From positions 2,804 through 66,803 of the forward strand of contig SKJB01000111.1 in assembly GCA_007116145.1 (NCBI GenBank): a DNA stretch of 64,000 nt, given 5' to 3'. A model generated the notes under the pieces. It was not told the origin of the DNA. It was given only the letters and a program-made list of their open reading frames with translations, and did no database searches. Below, piece after piece: positions 9,849 through 19,020 of this stretch. The DNA comes from Limnochordia bacterium. Its GTDB lineage: Bacteria; Bacillota; Limnochordia; Darwinibacteriales; DTU012. Position 1 is the stretch's first letter. Each line of letters starts with the position of its first letter. The translations under genes were made by a program, and so were the position numbers.

Positions 9849-11282
9849 CTATTTAACTAAACTCATACTTACAGACTCACAAGCATACGAAGATGACGAA
9901 ATCGTATCGCCCATGCCAACTGTGCTAACTGGATTTGACACTACATGCGCTGGCACCACAAGCACATAGTGATCCTCACGCTCCCAAATTCCTTCATTCA
10001 CAAAGTTTGCTGGCATTGCAAGACCAAGAGCTTGCACTTCTTGAGCAAATTCTTCTAATTGTTTGATGCCAATTTCCGACAAGCTCATGGATGCTGCTTC
10101 TGGCACTTGATCACGTCGGACATAGCCCCCATTTTTAGCCTTCATAGCATTAACAGACGAAGCATATAAACAGGCGTTACGCACTTGCTCAACCGATGAG
10201 GGATACGGTTTTTTTAAGACCAACACATAATATCCTAAATTGTGTACCTGAATGCGTTCAAAACCAAGCTTTTCCTGAATGCGAAGCGCTCCTTGATAAA
10301 GTGCATATCCGCGTTCATTTTCCTCAATTTGACTCAATTCATCTTCGAACCCGAACTCTTCTAATACACGGCAAATCTCATTTTCGTTTATCCCAAATGA
10401 TTGGATCTCTTGAGCCACAGTCTGCAACATTTGTTTCTCTGCTTCTTGATCTTTCATTGGTACATACTCAAAATGTAAGCGAAGTTTTTCGTTACCAATT
10501 TTTAATTGTCTAATACTCTCAAGGCAACCATCTAAATACTGTTGAAGCTCAAGAGATGCAGTTGGTGCATAATGATATCCAGCCATAAAAGCCACATCAA
10601 TATTTTTGCCAAGTTCCGGTAAGTTTTTGGCTACATCACCAGCAAAGTCCATAGCAACACCATCAGGACGAGTTGCTAAAATCACACGATTCGCTCTAGG
10701 AGTTACAACTTGCTCGTCACCAAAATTGAATACCTCACCTTTTGCGTACTCAAAAATCCAATTAATTTTTAAACTATCGTCACGCTTCGCACTCTCTTGA
10801 ACTGGAGTTAGCTTTAATTCTGCATTTACTACAGGATATAGTACTTCCGGGAAAAACATCTCAGCTTGTTTCGGCGAAAGTAAGGATGTATATACGATAG
10901 AATTAGCCTTGAGGGCAGCCATCTGGTTTGCAATAATACCTGCTTGTCCCCCCATGATTTCCCTCTTTGTTACAAACCGTTCATCAAGCCAATCTAAGAG
11001 GGCCATCGTTTCTAGCACGATATAAAAAGACTTACCCTTACCTAGACAATCCTTAATAACTGCTACGAAATCCGTCTTTGTGCGAATTTCCTCTACGGCA
11101 TTGACATCTAATTGGCAAACTTGTTCCATCGTTACTTCATCATCTACAAGCAACGCTTGAATACTTTGATCGTTAAGATGCACTACCACGTCAACATTCG
11201 TATTAAATCCAGCAAAAATATTGCCTTCAATGGTTTGCTGAACCGCATTTTCTACTCTCTTTTGCCAAATGGCTTCCACCAA
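9849..11282 (-). CDS. ADP-dependent sugar kinase family protein (archaeal-type ADP-GK/ADP-PFK fold of the ribokinase superfamily), paralog 1
   Basis: 477 aa; N-terminal FAGFNTNVDVVV resembles the NxNxD motif of ADP-dependent kinases. The C-terminal NPVSTVGMGDTISSSS resembles the GxGD catalytic-base motif of the ribokinase superfamily. Length matches ADP-GK/PFK. Confidence 0.55.
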   Translation of the reverse strand: MVEAIWQKRVENAVQQTIEGNIFAGFNTNVDVVVHLNDQSIQALLVDDEVTMEQVCQLDVNAVEEIRTKTDFVAVIKDCLGKGKSFYIVLETMALLDWLDERFVTKREIMGGQAGIIANQMAALKANSIVYTSLLSPKQAEMFFPEVLYPVVNAELKLTPVQESAKRDDSLKINWIFEYAKGEVFNFGDEQVVTPRANRVILATRPDGVAMDFAGDVAKNLPELGKNIDVAFMAGYHYAPTASLELQQYLDGCLESIRQLKIGNEKLRLHFEYVPMKDQEAEKQMLQTVAQEIQSFGINENEICRVLEEFGFEDELSQIEENERGYALYQGALRIQEKLGFERIQVHNLGYYVLVLKKPYPSSVEQVRNACLYASSVNAMKAKNGGYVRRDQVPEAASMSLSEIGIKQLEEFAQEVQALGLAMPANFVNEGIWEREDHYVLVVPAHVVSNPVSTVGMGDTISSSSYACESVSMSLVK

Positions 11283-11363
11283 AATACCTCCATCCTAATA
11301 AACCTTACGAATTTATACTATGTATAGAATATCTGACCGACATAATAATAACATAAATCGACT

Positions 11364-12401
11364 CTATAAGCAATTACTTAGTTTTTTAACATATCGAAAG
11401 ACAACATATGGACAGGTTGCCGTAGCCATCAAACTCGGATAATCGAGATAGAATTGCAGGATATCACCGACCTGAATAACACCTTCACACGGGACAGCCA
11501 GAGCTAGGTGATCGCTACTTACTCCTACGACGACTAAGTCTGACAAAACAGGAGTAACCATACCTGTTCCTATCTCTTGCGTACCCAACGCCACAATAGC
11601 TTGCCAGCTTATTTTGCCTGTTATCGAAGGTTTCAGCTGTAACTCAATGACTTCTGCCAATAAAATGCAAGCACTACCATAACAACCTTTTAGCGGTTCT
11701 TTGGTTAGAATATCCCAACCAAAAAAAATACTCTCACCAATACGCCAATGATTAATACAGTGCATCCTGCTTGTATCGTCAGTGGAGGTAAAAAGTAATG
11801 GGAGAGCACTACTATTTCCGCCAGATAACACCATTGCTTGTCCACGTAAACCGCATGTATCAGCGAGTGCGATTAGTTGTTCCATGTGCGTAATAGTTGG
11901 GATTACCCCAGAAAAGCATGCTAGATTCACACCAATTCCCGCTACTGTTAAACCCGCTAAGCTCTGAGCATGATCCACCAAATCTTTCAGTGCAAGTGGA
12001 TCAACACCCTCGCGTCCATCGCCAAGATCCGTCATTAAGATAACCTGATGGGTAACACCTTGTGCTAAAGATGCAGTGGACAATGCTACTAAGACTTCCT
12101 TTTCGCTGTTTAAGCTTGTAGTTGCTTGTGCCACCACTTGGTCGACTTCACTTAAAAGTGGGGAGCGTACCAGTAACATAGGCACATCGATCCCCGATGC
12201 ACGCATCCGTCTGATGTTTACTAGACGTGAGTCTGCTAATCCGTCTACTCCTCCTTCGATCATGGCTCGAGCAATCGTTGGGTTACCGCCAAAAACCTTT
12301 GTCACCCCGAAGATAGTGCCACCACTTCGATGAACATGGGCAGCAATACATCTTGTGTTGTGCTCAATTTTTCTGATATCAATTTCCAATGTTGGCTCCA
12401 T
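11364..12401 (-). CDS. alanine-racemase-fold (fold-type III PLP) protein, predicted amino-acid racemase of the COG3457/ornithine-racemase-like type
   Basis: 345 aa; the N-terminal TIM-barrel-like region with the lysine-containing GVTKVFGG segment and the overall length resemble the YhfX/ornithine racemase family. Confidence 0.5.
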   Translation of the reverse strand: MEPTLEIDIRKIEHNTRCIAAHVHRSGGTIFGVTKVFGGNPTIARAMIEGGVDGLADSRLVNIRRMRASGIDVPMLLVRSPLLSEVDQVVAQATTSLNSEKEVLVALSTASLAQGVTHQVILMTDLGDGREGVDPLALKDLVDHAQSLAGLTVAGIGVNLACFSGVIPTITHMEQLIALADTCGLRGQAMVLSGGNSSALPLLFTSTDDTSRMHCINHWRIGESIFFGWDILTKEPLKGCYGSACILLAEVIELQLKPSITGKISWQAIVALGTQEIGTGMVTPVLSDLVVVGVSSDHLALAVPCEGVIQVGDILQFYLDYPSLMATATCPYVVFRYVKKLSNCL

Positions 12402-13125
12402 GATTAATTTCCCCTCGGTAAACTAAAAACCGGACAATGCCTAAAAAGATAGCTTTCGCTACCTGTTGTTGATAACTAGCAGTTGCTAATAAGTCCGCCT
12501 CTATAGGATTAGATAAAAAACCAACCTCTACTAATGTAGCCGCCATCGTTGTGTCTCTTAGCACCCGATAATCCCCTGTATTGGCTACTCGCTTATTTGG
12601 TCCAAGCTGACGAACTAATTCCGCTTGAATAAACTGGGCCAATTGTTTACCCTGCCTATCAGTTGCAAAGTAAAAGCTCTGAGCCCCTGATAGACTTGGC
12701 ATAGGATAGTAATTTGCATGAATGGCAACATACAGATCCGCATCAAATTTCTCTGCCAATAAAATTCGGCGTTCTAGATCTTGATGTTTACGAACACTTA
12801 ACCGAGTTTCTGCAACGTCTGCTAAATCAGCATCCTCGCGCCGAACCATAATACTATAAATGACCGCACGGTTAAGCAAAGCTTCTAACTCTAAGGCAAT
12901 CGCTAATGTAATGTCTTTTTCTAAAATACCACTAGCACTAATTGCCCCCGGATCAACACCACCGTGTCCTGCATCAATTACGACGACTATCCCAGCGGTT
13001 ATATCTGAGAGATTCCCTACTACAGGTTGCACCTCTAGGTATTGCGTACCCCAGAAAACCCCAATAGCTAGACAAATCAAACACCAAGTAATCACTGATT
13101 GCAAGTGTAAAAAGAAAACGTACAT
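12379..13125 (-). CDS. cwlD: N-acetylmuramoyl-L-alanine amidase (Amidase_3), CwlD-like germination/cortex amidase
   Basis: 248 aa; N-terminal TM anchor followed by VIDAGHGGVDPGA, the canonical Amidase_3 zinc-binding start; the size is CwlD-like. Confidence 0.7.
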   Translation of the reverse strand: MYVFFLHLQSVITWCLICLAIGVFWGTQYLEVQPVVGNLSDITAGIVVVIDAGHGGVDPGAISASGILEKDITLAIALELEALLNRAVIYSIMVRREDADLADVAETRLSVRKHQDLERRILLAEKFDADLYVAIHANYYPMPSLSGAQSFYFATDRQGKQLAQFIQAELVRQLGPNKRVANTGDYRVLRDTTMAATLVEVGFLSNPIEADLLATASYQQQVAKAIFLGIVRFLVYRGEINHGANIGN

Positions 13126-13150
13126 ATAGATACCTCCTATCCTCTTAACT

Positions 13151-13762
13151 CTATTCCGGATGGGAGGTCTTAATACTTTGTAAGATTCGGTATCCTTTGT
13201 TTTTCTTCAACGTTTCGACTTGACCAAATATGAGTTTTAACTTGCTAGCCATACTGCTAGCACCCTGTTTCGTGCGAATGACCATTACCAGCCTACCTGC
13301 GGGCAACAAAAAATCATAAGCATCTTCCACCATCTGATGAATCACTTGTTTTCCTGCGCGAATCGGAGGATTGGTAAGAATCCAATTATACTTTTTTTGA
13401 ACAGCAGTAAATCCTTCGCTGATAAATGCTTTGGCGTTTACAATCTGATTCTGTTCTAGGTTGTGATTGGCTAATTCAACAGCTCGTGTATTCACATCCA
13501 CCATATCAACAAAACCAGTCGGAGCCACGAAGTCCGCGGCTACTATCCCAATCGGACCATAACCACACCCTAAATCTAATACTGTGCCTTCCATGCCTTG
13601 AGGGAGCACTGAAATTAACAGCCGACTACCTTCATCTAATTCTTGTTTCGAAAACACCCCTGCATCAGTCTTAAATCTATAACGTTTTCCGCACAATTCT
13701 GCTTCAAACTGCCGAATTTCCGGCTTTAAATTAGGGTTGTTAGTAAAATAATGTTCCGTCAT
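13151..13762 (-). CDS. class I SAM-dependent methyltransferase (MTS/RsmC-like small domain)
   Basis: 203 aa; motif I VLDLGCGYGPIG and a TNPPI motif typical of N2-guanine/N6-adenine type MTases. Confidence 0.7.
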   Translation of the reverse strand: MTEHYFTNNPNLKPEIRQFEAELCGKRYRFKTDAGVFSKQELDEGSRLLISVLPQGMEGTVLDLGCGYGPIGIVAADFVAPTGFVDMVDVNTRAVELANHNLEQNQIVNAKAFISEGFTAVQKKYNWILTNPPIRAGKQVIHQMVEDAYDFLLPAGRLVMVIRTKQGASSMASKLKLIFGQVETLKKNKGYRILQSIKTSHPE

Positions 13763-15033
13763 ATAGACAACTCTCCATCGATTAATAATGCTTTCTTCTC
13801 TTGATAATAAACCACATTTTCAACCTGACCAAGTGCCTGATAGACTAAAATTAAGTGTCCATAGACCTCGGCTAAAACCGCACCCTGTAAACCCTCTTTT
13901 GCTTCAAGGAGATAGTCCAGTGCTAGATCATATTCCTTGCGTAAATAGTAACCATAACCTAACGTATCCAGATAGGCAGGTTGACGCTCGATAGCAATTG
14001 CCCGTTTAGCGAGTGCAACCGCTTCGCCCAAACGAGCGTTCGCCTGAAAATGGGTAAATGCTAGATTGTTTAGCGCCACTGCATTATGCGGTTCTAGCAT
14101 CAACCATTGCTGATAGTTTTCAACTGCACCTAAGTAATTATCAAGCATCCCATACGTAAATGCGAGATAAATATAACCTTGGAGATAATAGGGATCAATG
14201 CGTAGTACATTGCGAAAAGCACTAATCACTTCAACATACTCTTTTGTCCTGTAGGCGTGTATGCCCGCTTCTAATGATGTAGCTAAATTATCTAAGGTGG
14301 TAAAATCCGCTCTCGTATCTAGAACCTGCCAATTATCATACGTAATGTGTATTTGCGCAAAATCGTCAATAACTTGGATTTCTATCGGATTCCAGCTGCC
14401 TACCTGATCTCTCGCTAGGGTGATAAAACCTTGCCAATAACCATACGTAATGCGGTAAACTAGAGCTTCTAACGTTTCATCGTCCTGGCATAGCGTATAG
14501 TTACTCACACTCAGATAGTCATCGCCATCAGCAACTTCAATGCGTAGCGGTAATCCGAACTCGGCATCAAACCAATACACTAATGGCGGATTTGTGTCTG
14601 TTTGGTAAAGCCAAACCGGGCGCTCAAGTAACGTAGTCTGTCCTAACCATTCACCAGAAACGTCTAATAAGTAGATTAGAGGCAAGAACAACTCATCATA
14701 GATACGAAACAATTGGGAGAGTGAATACTCATAGTGCACACCACCTCCGCCACTATGTACTGCCGTTATTCCCTTATACCCCACTACTCGTTGATCTGCT
14801 TGATCTAGATTCGTTGAGATGAAAACATACCCTTTCTCGGGTAGATAGACTTGAAATATCCCCTCGATCCATTCTGACTCATCATCAGAGGTATACTGCC
14901 ACGTCATATCAGCTTTTGCGTGTTCAAACGCGAAAAATTGCGGAATTACTGGGGCTGCCATACTGGAGTTTGCTAACCCAAAACAAGCTACAACAAAAAC
15001 TATGAATACAAATACACGTTGGTTAGTAGGCAT
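13759..15033 (-). CDS. secreted TPR-repeat protein (hypothetical)
   Basis: A signal peptide follows the preferred ATG at 15031-15033, which has a GGGAGAGG RBS. C-terminal TPR-like repeats (AVALNNLAFTHFQ..., YYLRKEYDLALDY). Confidence 0.5.
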   Translation of the reverse strand: MPTNQRVFVFIVFVVACFGLANSSMAAPVIPQFFAFEHAKADMTWQYTSDDESEWIEGIFQVYLPEKGYVFISTNLDQADQRVVGYKGITAVHSGGGGVHYEYSLSQLFRIYDELFLPLIYLLDVSGEWLGQTTLLERPVWLYQTDTNPPLVYWFDAEFGLPLRIEVADGDDYLSVSNYTLCQDDETLEALVYRITYGYWQGFITLARDQVGSWNPIEIQVIDDFAQIHITYDNWQVLDTRADFTTLDNLATSLEAGIHAYRTKEYVEVISAFRNVLRIDPYYLQGYIYLAFTYGMLDNYLGAVENYQQWLMLEPHNAVALNNLAFTHFQANARLGEAVALAKRAIAIERQPAYLDTLGYGYYLRKEYDLALDYLLEAKEGLQGAVLAEVYGHLILVYQALGQVENVVYYQEKKALLIDGELSI

Positions 15034-15757
15034 CGACCTCTCCCTTAGTACCTTGCACAATCGCTACGCCAGCGCTCGTCCCAATTCGACTAGCTCCCCC
15101 TTGTAACATTGCCATAGCACTTTGCCGATCGCGGATTCCACCAGACGCCTTGACACCCATATCTGAACCCACAAACTTCCGCATTAATTGGATATCTTCC
15201 TCACTCGCTCCGCTCTGACTAAACCCAGTAGACGTTTTGACAAAACTTGCTCCTGCCATTTTCGCCAGTAAGCAACTACGGCCAATCTCTTCCTTTGTTA
15301 ATAGCGATGTCTCTAGGATTACTTTAACTATTCTACCTTGAGCAGCCTCCACCACACTTTGAATATCTTTATAAACAGCAACATAGTCTCCATGCTTTAA
15401 ACAGCTAATTGGCAAGACCATATCCAACTCGTCAGCACCATTAGCGACGGCATCGCGACACTCAACCATCTTGGTTACTGTAGTACTTGCCCCTAAAGGG
15501 AAACCAATAACAGTACAGACGGCCGTATTCTTACCCACCAGCATCCTCTTGGCTAAAGCAACGAAACGTGGCGCCAAACAGACAGACGCAAATTGGTACC
15601 TGGCTGCTTGTTCGATAGCTGTCTTAATCTCGTGTAACGTAGCTTCAGGTTTAAGCAGTGTATGATCGATATAAGGGGCTAAGTTGCTCCCTATATCAAT
15701 GTGGAAATCCTCGTTAGAAATGCACGGTATGGTCACAGAAAAACCTTGCCGAGCCAT
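15023..15757 (-). CDS. deoC: deoxyribose-phosphate aldolase
   Basis: The DeoC core is clear: IDHTLLKP, FASVC, VCTVIGFPLG, the catalytic-lysine region FVKTSTGF and GVKASGGIR. The long ORF (to 15913) begins with TTG and overlaps the upstream gene by 35 nt, so the internal ATG at 15755-15757 is preferred. Confidence 0.8.
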   Translation of the reverse strand: MARQGFSVTIPCISNEDFHIDIGSNLAPYIDHTLLKPEATLHEIKTAIEQAARYQFASVCLAPRFVALAKRMLVGKNTAVCTVIGFPLGASTTVTKMVECRDAVANGADELDMVLPISCLKHGDYVAVYKDIQSVVEAAQGRIVKVILETSLLTKEEIGRSCLLAKMAGASFVKTSTGFSQSGASEEDIQLMRKFVGSDMGVKASGGIRDRQSAMAMLQGGASRIGTSAGVAIVQGTKGEVDAY

Positions 15758-15878
15758 GGCCTCACCTAATTCTTTAACTTGAATAGCACACCATTCTTGA
15801 TTCACATTAGAGCCTCCTTTGATAATTGGTTTATCTCGCTCGTTTAAACAATTCGTCAGTTCGGAGGCATATCCTTTT

Positions 15879-16424
15879 TTATCCACTAGTGCTTTCTGTA
15901 AGTACCCGATCAACTCGCTGGTCCCACGGCATTATCGGAACATCCATAACAAATTCTTCGTAGCATAAGGCCACCTTGAGACCAGTGATTTGTGGGAGAT
16001 AACGATCATAATATCCACCGCCATAGCCCAAGCGATACCCTAATCTATCGAAAGCTAAACCAGGAACAACCACAAGATCAATGGATCGTGGAGAGAGGGG
16101 GGTGTCGAGAATGGGCTCATATATCCCCCATAAGCTAGGCTTTAAGTCTGCTTTGCTCGTAATCTGTACTGCCGTCATTTCCTTAGGCATCTTTAACAAC
16201 TTAGGCACCGCCACTTGTTTGCCCTCAGCGAAAGCTCGTGTAAGTAACGGCCATGTGTTGATCTCATTACTAAAAGAAAGATATATCATAATGGTATTGG
16301 CTTGTTTGTAGGCATCTAACTGCCAAAGAGCTGATACGATTTTATCATCCCATGCTTTGCGTTTTGCGGCAGGTATCACACTGCGACGCTGCATAATCCT
16401 TTGCCGCAATTCCGATTTCTCCAT
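15879..16424 (-). CDS. 5-formyltetrahydrofolate cyclo-ligase
   Basis: 181 aa; GYGGGYYDR motif and the MTHFS size. Confidence 0.85.
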   Translation of the reverse strand: MEKSELRQRIMQRRSVIPAAKRKAWDDKIVSALWQLDAYKQANTIMIYLSFSNEINTWPLLTRAFAEGKQVAVPKLLKMPKEMTAVQITSKADLKPSLWGIYEPILDTPLSPRSIDLVVVPGLAFDRLGYRLGYGGGYYDRYLPQITGLKVALCYEEFVMDVPIMPWDQRVDRVLTESTSG

Positions 16425-16440
16425 AAATCGAACACCTCTG

Positions 16441-17712
16441 TTATTCTGGATACAAGAGAGATATTGCTGCTTTATCCCAATCTAATCCGTGTTCTAAAGC
16501 GCTATTCACATCGTCAATGGTTAGTGATTGAAGCAAGCTCGGAAAGTCTAGTAAGCTAGTTCCGTTAAATTCATGCGCTAAGAAACTATTTGCAATATAG
16601 TCCAGCGAGTTAAAAGAGGCTAGATAGTTTCCTAGAGACCGCCTTTTCAAACGCTCCACGGTGTCTGCTGTTAATTTCTTTTTCTTTAGCGTGTCTATCG
16701 CCTTGCGCAGACACCTATCGAGTTTCTCGGGGTTATCGGTTTCGCCTCCAACAACAGAAAAAGCGTACTGTGGTGTGCCCGAGAAACTAGCGCCGAAAGA
16801 ATCATCAATAATCCCTTGTGCGTATAAATCTGTAAAGATAGGTGAACTCTTGGTAGCAACAGAGCGCCAAATCATTGCCATAGCCAATTGCTGTTTTAAT
16901 AAATCCTTGCCTTCCCCACGAACTTGATCCTTGAATCCTAAGTAATAACGAGGTTGGGAAATATTAATGGATTGCTCTATCTTATCTTGCTTAATACCAA
17001 GCGGTTCATCAGGATAGATTCGCTGCACCTTCTTGCTCCGATCAAACCAATCAGCCGTTGCTTGGTTAACCAAATCAACTACCGCACTGCCTTCCACATC
17101 ACCAACAACAAATAGAGCCATGTTCGTTGGTTGATAAAATGTGTTATAACACTGCATCAATCGCTCGACATCTATCTTTGCAATCGATTCTACGGTCCCA
17201 CCCACATTGAGTCGAATCGGGTGCTCGTGATATAAGGCCGATAAAAGATTGCGATAAATCCGTCTATCTGGATGATCATCATACATCCGTAATTCTTGCT
17301 CGATAATCCCTTTTTCTTTTTTGACATTCTCTGCCGTTAAATAAGGTGTACGCACAAACCGCAGTAGTTCTTGGAGCGCTTGTGCAAAACAATCTATGGT
17401 AGAGAACAAGTACGACGTCATCGTGTAACTCGTATATGCATTGACAGAAGCCCCAAATTGCGAAAACCGCTCAAAGACATGCCCGTCTTCTTCTTCAAAC
17501 ATTTTATGTTCAAGAAAGTGAGCAATTCCATCAGGCACCTCGCATACTTCCTCGCCGACCACCTGAAACTTTGAATCCATGGATCCATACTTTGTAGCCA
17601 GTACAGCATACTTGCGTTGAAAAGCAGGTTTCTCCATGACAAACACCTTTAACCCATTAGGCATCGTCTCTGACACCAAACGCTCACCGGTTGTTACGCG
17701 TACTACAGTCAT
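16441..17712 (-). CDS. M16-family zinc peptidase (insulinase-like), catalytic subunit
   Basis: 423 aa; inverted zinc motif HFLEH present; overlaps the upstream paralog by 4 nt (operon). Confidence 0.75.
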   Translation of the reverse strand: MTVVRVTTGERLVSETMPNGLKVFVMEKPAFQRKYAVLATKYGSMDSKFQVVGEEVCEVPDGIAHFLEHKMFEEEDGHVFERFSQFGASVNAYTSYTMTSYLFSTIDCFAQALQELLRFVRTPYLTAENVKKEKGIIEQELRMYDDHPDRRIYRNLLSALYHEHPIRLNVGGTVESIAKIDVERLMQCYNTFYQPTNMALFVVGDVEGSAVVDLVNQATADWFDRSKKVQRIYPDEPLGIKQDKIEQSINISQPRYYLGFKDQVRGEGKDLLKQQLAMAMIWRSVATKSSPIFTDLYAQGIIDDSFGASFSGTPQYAFSVVGGETDNPEKLDRCLRKAIDTLKKKKLTADTVERLKRRSLGNYLASFNSLDYIANSFLAHEFNGTSLLDFPSLLQSLTIDDVNSALEHGLDWDKAAISLLYPE

Positions 17713-18980
17713 TCGTTGTCACCCTTTCCATTCGAGAGAAAATAGACTGTATCTAACTCGATGCCGCGAGCCACTGCTTGTACTTGTCCAAGCGTTACAG
17801 CAGCAATGGCCTGCGTTACCTCTTCTGTACTACGTAATTTGCCATGAATAACTCCCAACACATTACGATCAATAACGGATGTTGCACTATCATTCATAGA
17901 TTGAATACCACTGATTAGACCTTTCTTCGTACGAATTAATTCATCCTCCGAAATATCTCCCTGTTGGAGTGCAATCACTTGTTTACTGATAATATCAACA
18001 GCTTTTTCGTATTGGTCACCTTCAATTCCAGCAGAAATTGTAATCAGGCCTTTACTTCCTTCCAAACCAGAACCCACATAATAGGCTAAGTTTGCCTTTT
18101 CCCGCACATTAACAAACAGCTTTGAATGGGGAAACGCACCAAGAATTCCGTTACACACTACCAATGAGTAATACTCATCGCTGGTATAGGTTTGCTCCGT
18201 TCGGTATCCCATCACCAAAATTGCTTGCGACACATCCCGCCGTTCTTGCACTTCTGTCGGTTTGTCGACCCTCTTATTGCTGTTGGCAGCTAACGATTTA
18301 ACTGGTTGTCTGTTAAAGGAGCGCTCGCTGATTTGTCCTACCCATTTTTCGAGATTAGGACCAACAAGAAAAATGTCCATTGGGTTTTGGCATAATACAC
18401 TCTGATAGTAGGCATACACATCGTGATTCTGTAAAGCAGTAATGCTGTCCTGATCTCCATACTTATATAGCCCAAAGGGTTCTTGTGGGCACATATGGCT
18501 AATCGCTCGTTGGATCGCATAGGAGCGTTTCTCATTGATGAGTCCATCGACTAGCCGCTTCAGGTTTTGTTGCTCTTGCATAAAGTAATCAGGATGAAAC
18601 CCGTGATCACTGCGCCGAGTGTCGGTAAGCAGATCCCAAAACGTAGAGAAACCTTGCGCTAAAATTTTATCACCATCTACTAATAGTTGGGGATCAACCA
18701 TATCAAAATAGAACTCGAGAATCTGCCGCTCTCCAACTTTCATGACATCCGACCCAATGGCAGCTCCATAGAGGTTTTCCATCTGTTGTGCTAGCTCAAG
18801 GGTAGTGGGATATTTTTTCGATCCACGAGGTAGAATCATCGATAATAACGCTGTGGCCGATGCGTAATCCTTGGATAACTCCTGCTGGATGAAGACCTTC
18901 ATCGTCACTGTCTTGAATTTATCTGTTTCACATGCATAGAGATTCACTCCATCCGCTATACTATGATGCTGAAACTGCAT
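17709..18980 (-). CDS. M16-family peptidase-like protein, probable non-catalytic partner subunit
   Basis: 423 aa; M16 fold-like length and conservation but no HxxEH motif detected. Confidence 0.7.
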   Translation of the reverse strand: MQFQHHSIADGVNLYACETDKFKTVTMKVFIQQELSKDYASATALLSMILPRGSKKYPTTLELAQQMENLYGAAIGSDVMKVGERQILEFYFDMVDPQLLVDGDKILAQGFSTFWDLLTDTRRSDHGFHPDYFMQEQQNLKRLVDGLINEKRSYAIQRAISHMCPQEPFGLYKYGDQDSITALQNHDVYAYYQSVLCQNPMDIFLVGPNLEKWVGQISERSFNRQPVKSLAANSNKRVDKPTEVQERRDVSQAILVMGYRTEQTYTSDEYYSLVVCNGILGAFPHSKLFVNVREKANLAYYVGSGLEGSKGLITISAGIEGDQYEKAVDIISKQVIALQQGDISEDELIRTKKGLISGIQSMNDSATSVIDRNVLGVIHGKLRSTEEVTQAIAAVTLGQVQAVARGIELDTVYFLSNGKGDNE

Positions 18981-19020
18981 CCTAAATCACTCCTTTTTTA
19001 AAACAGCACTCAAACAACTC

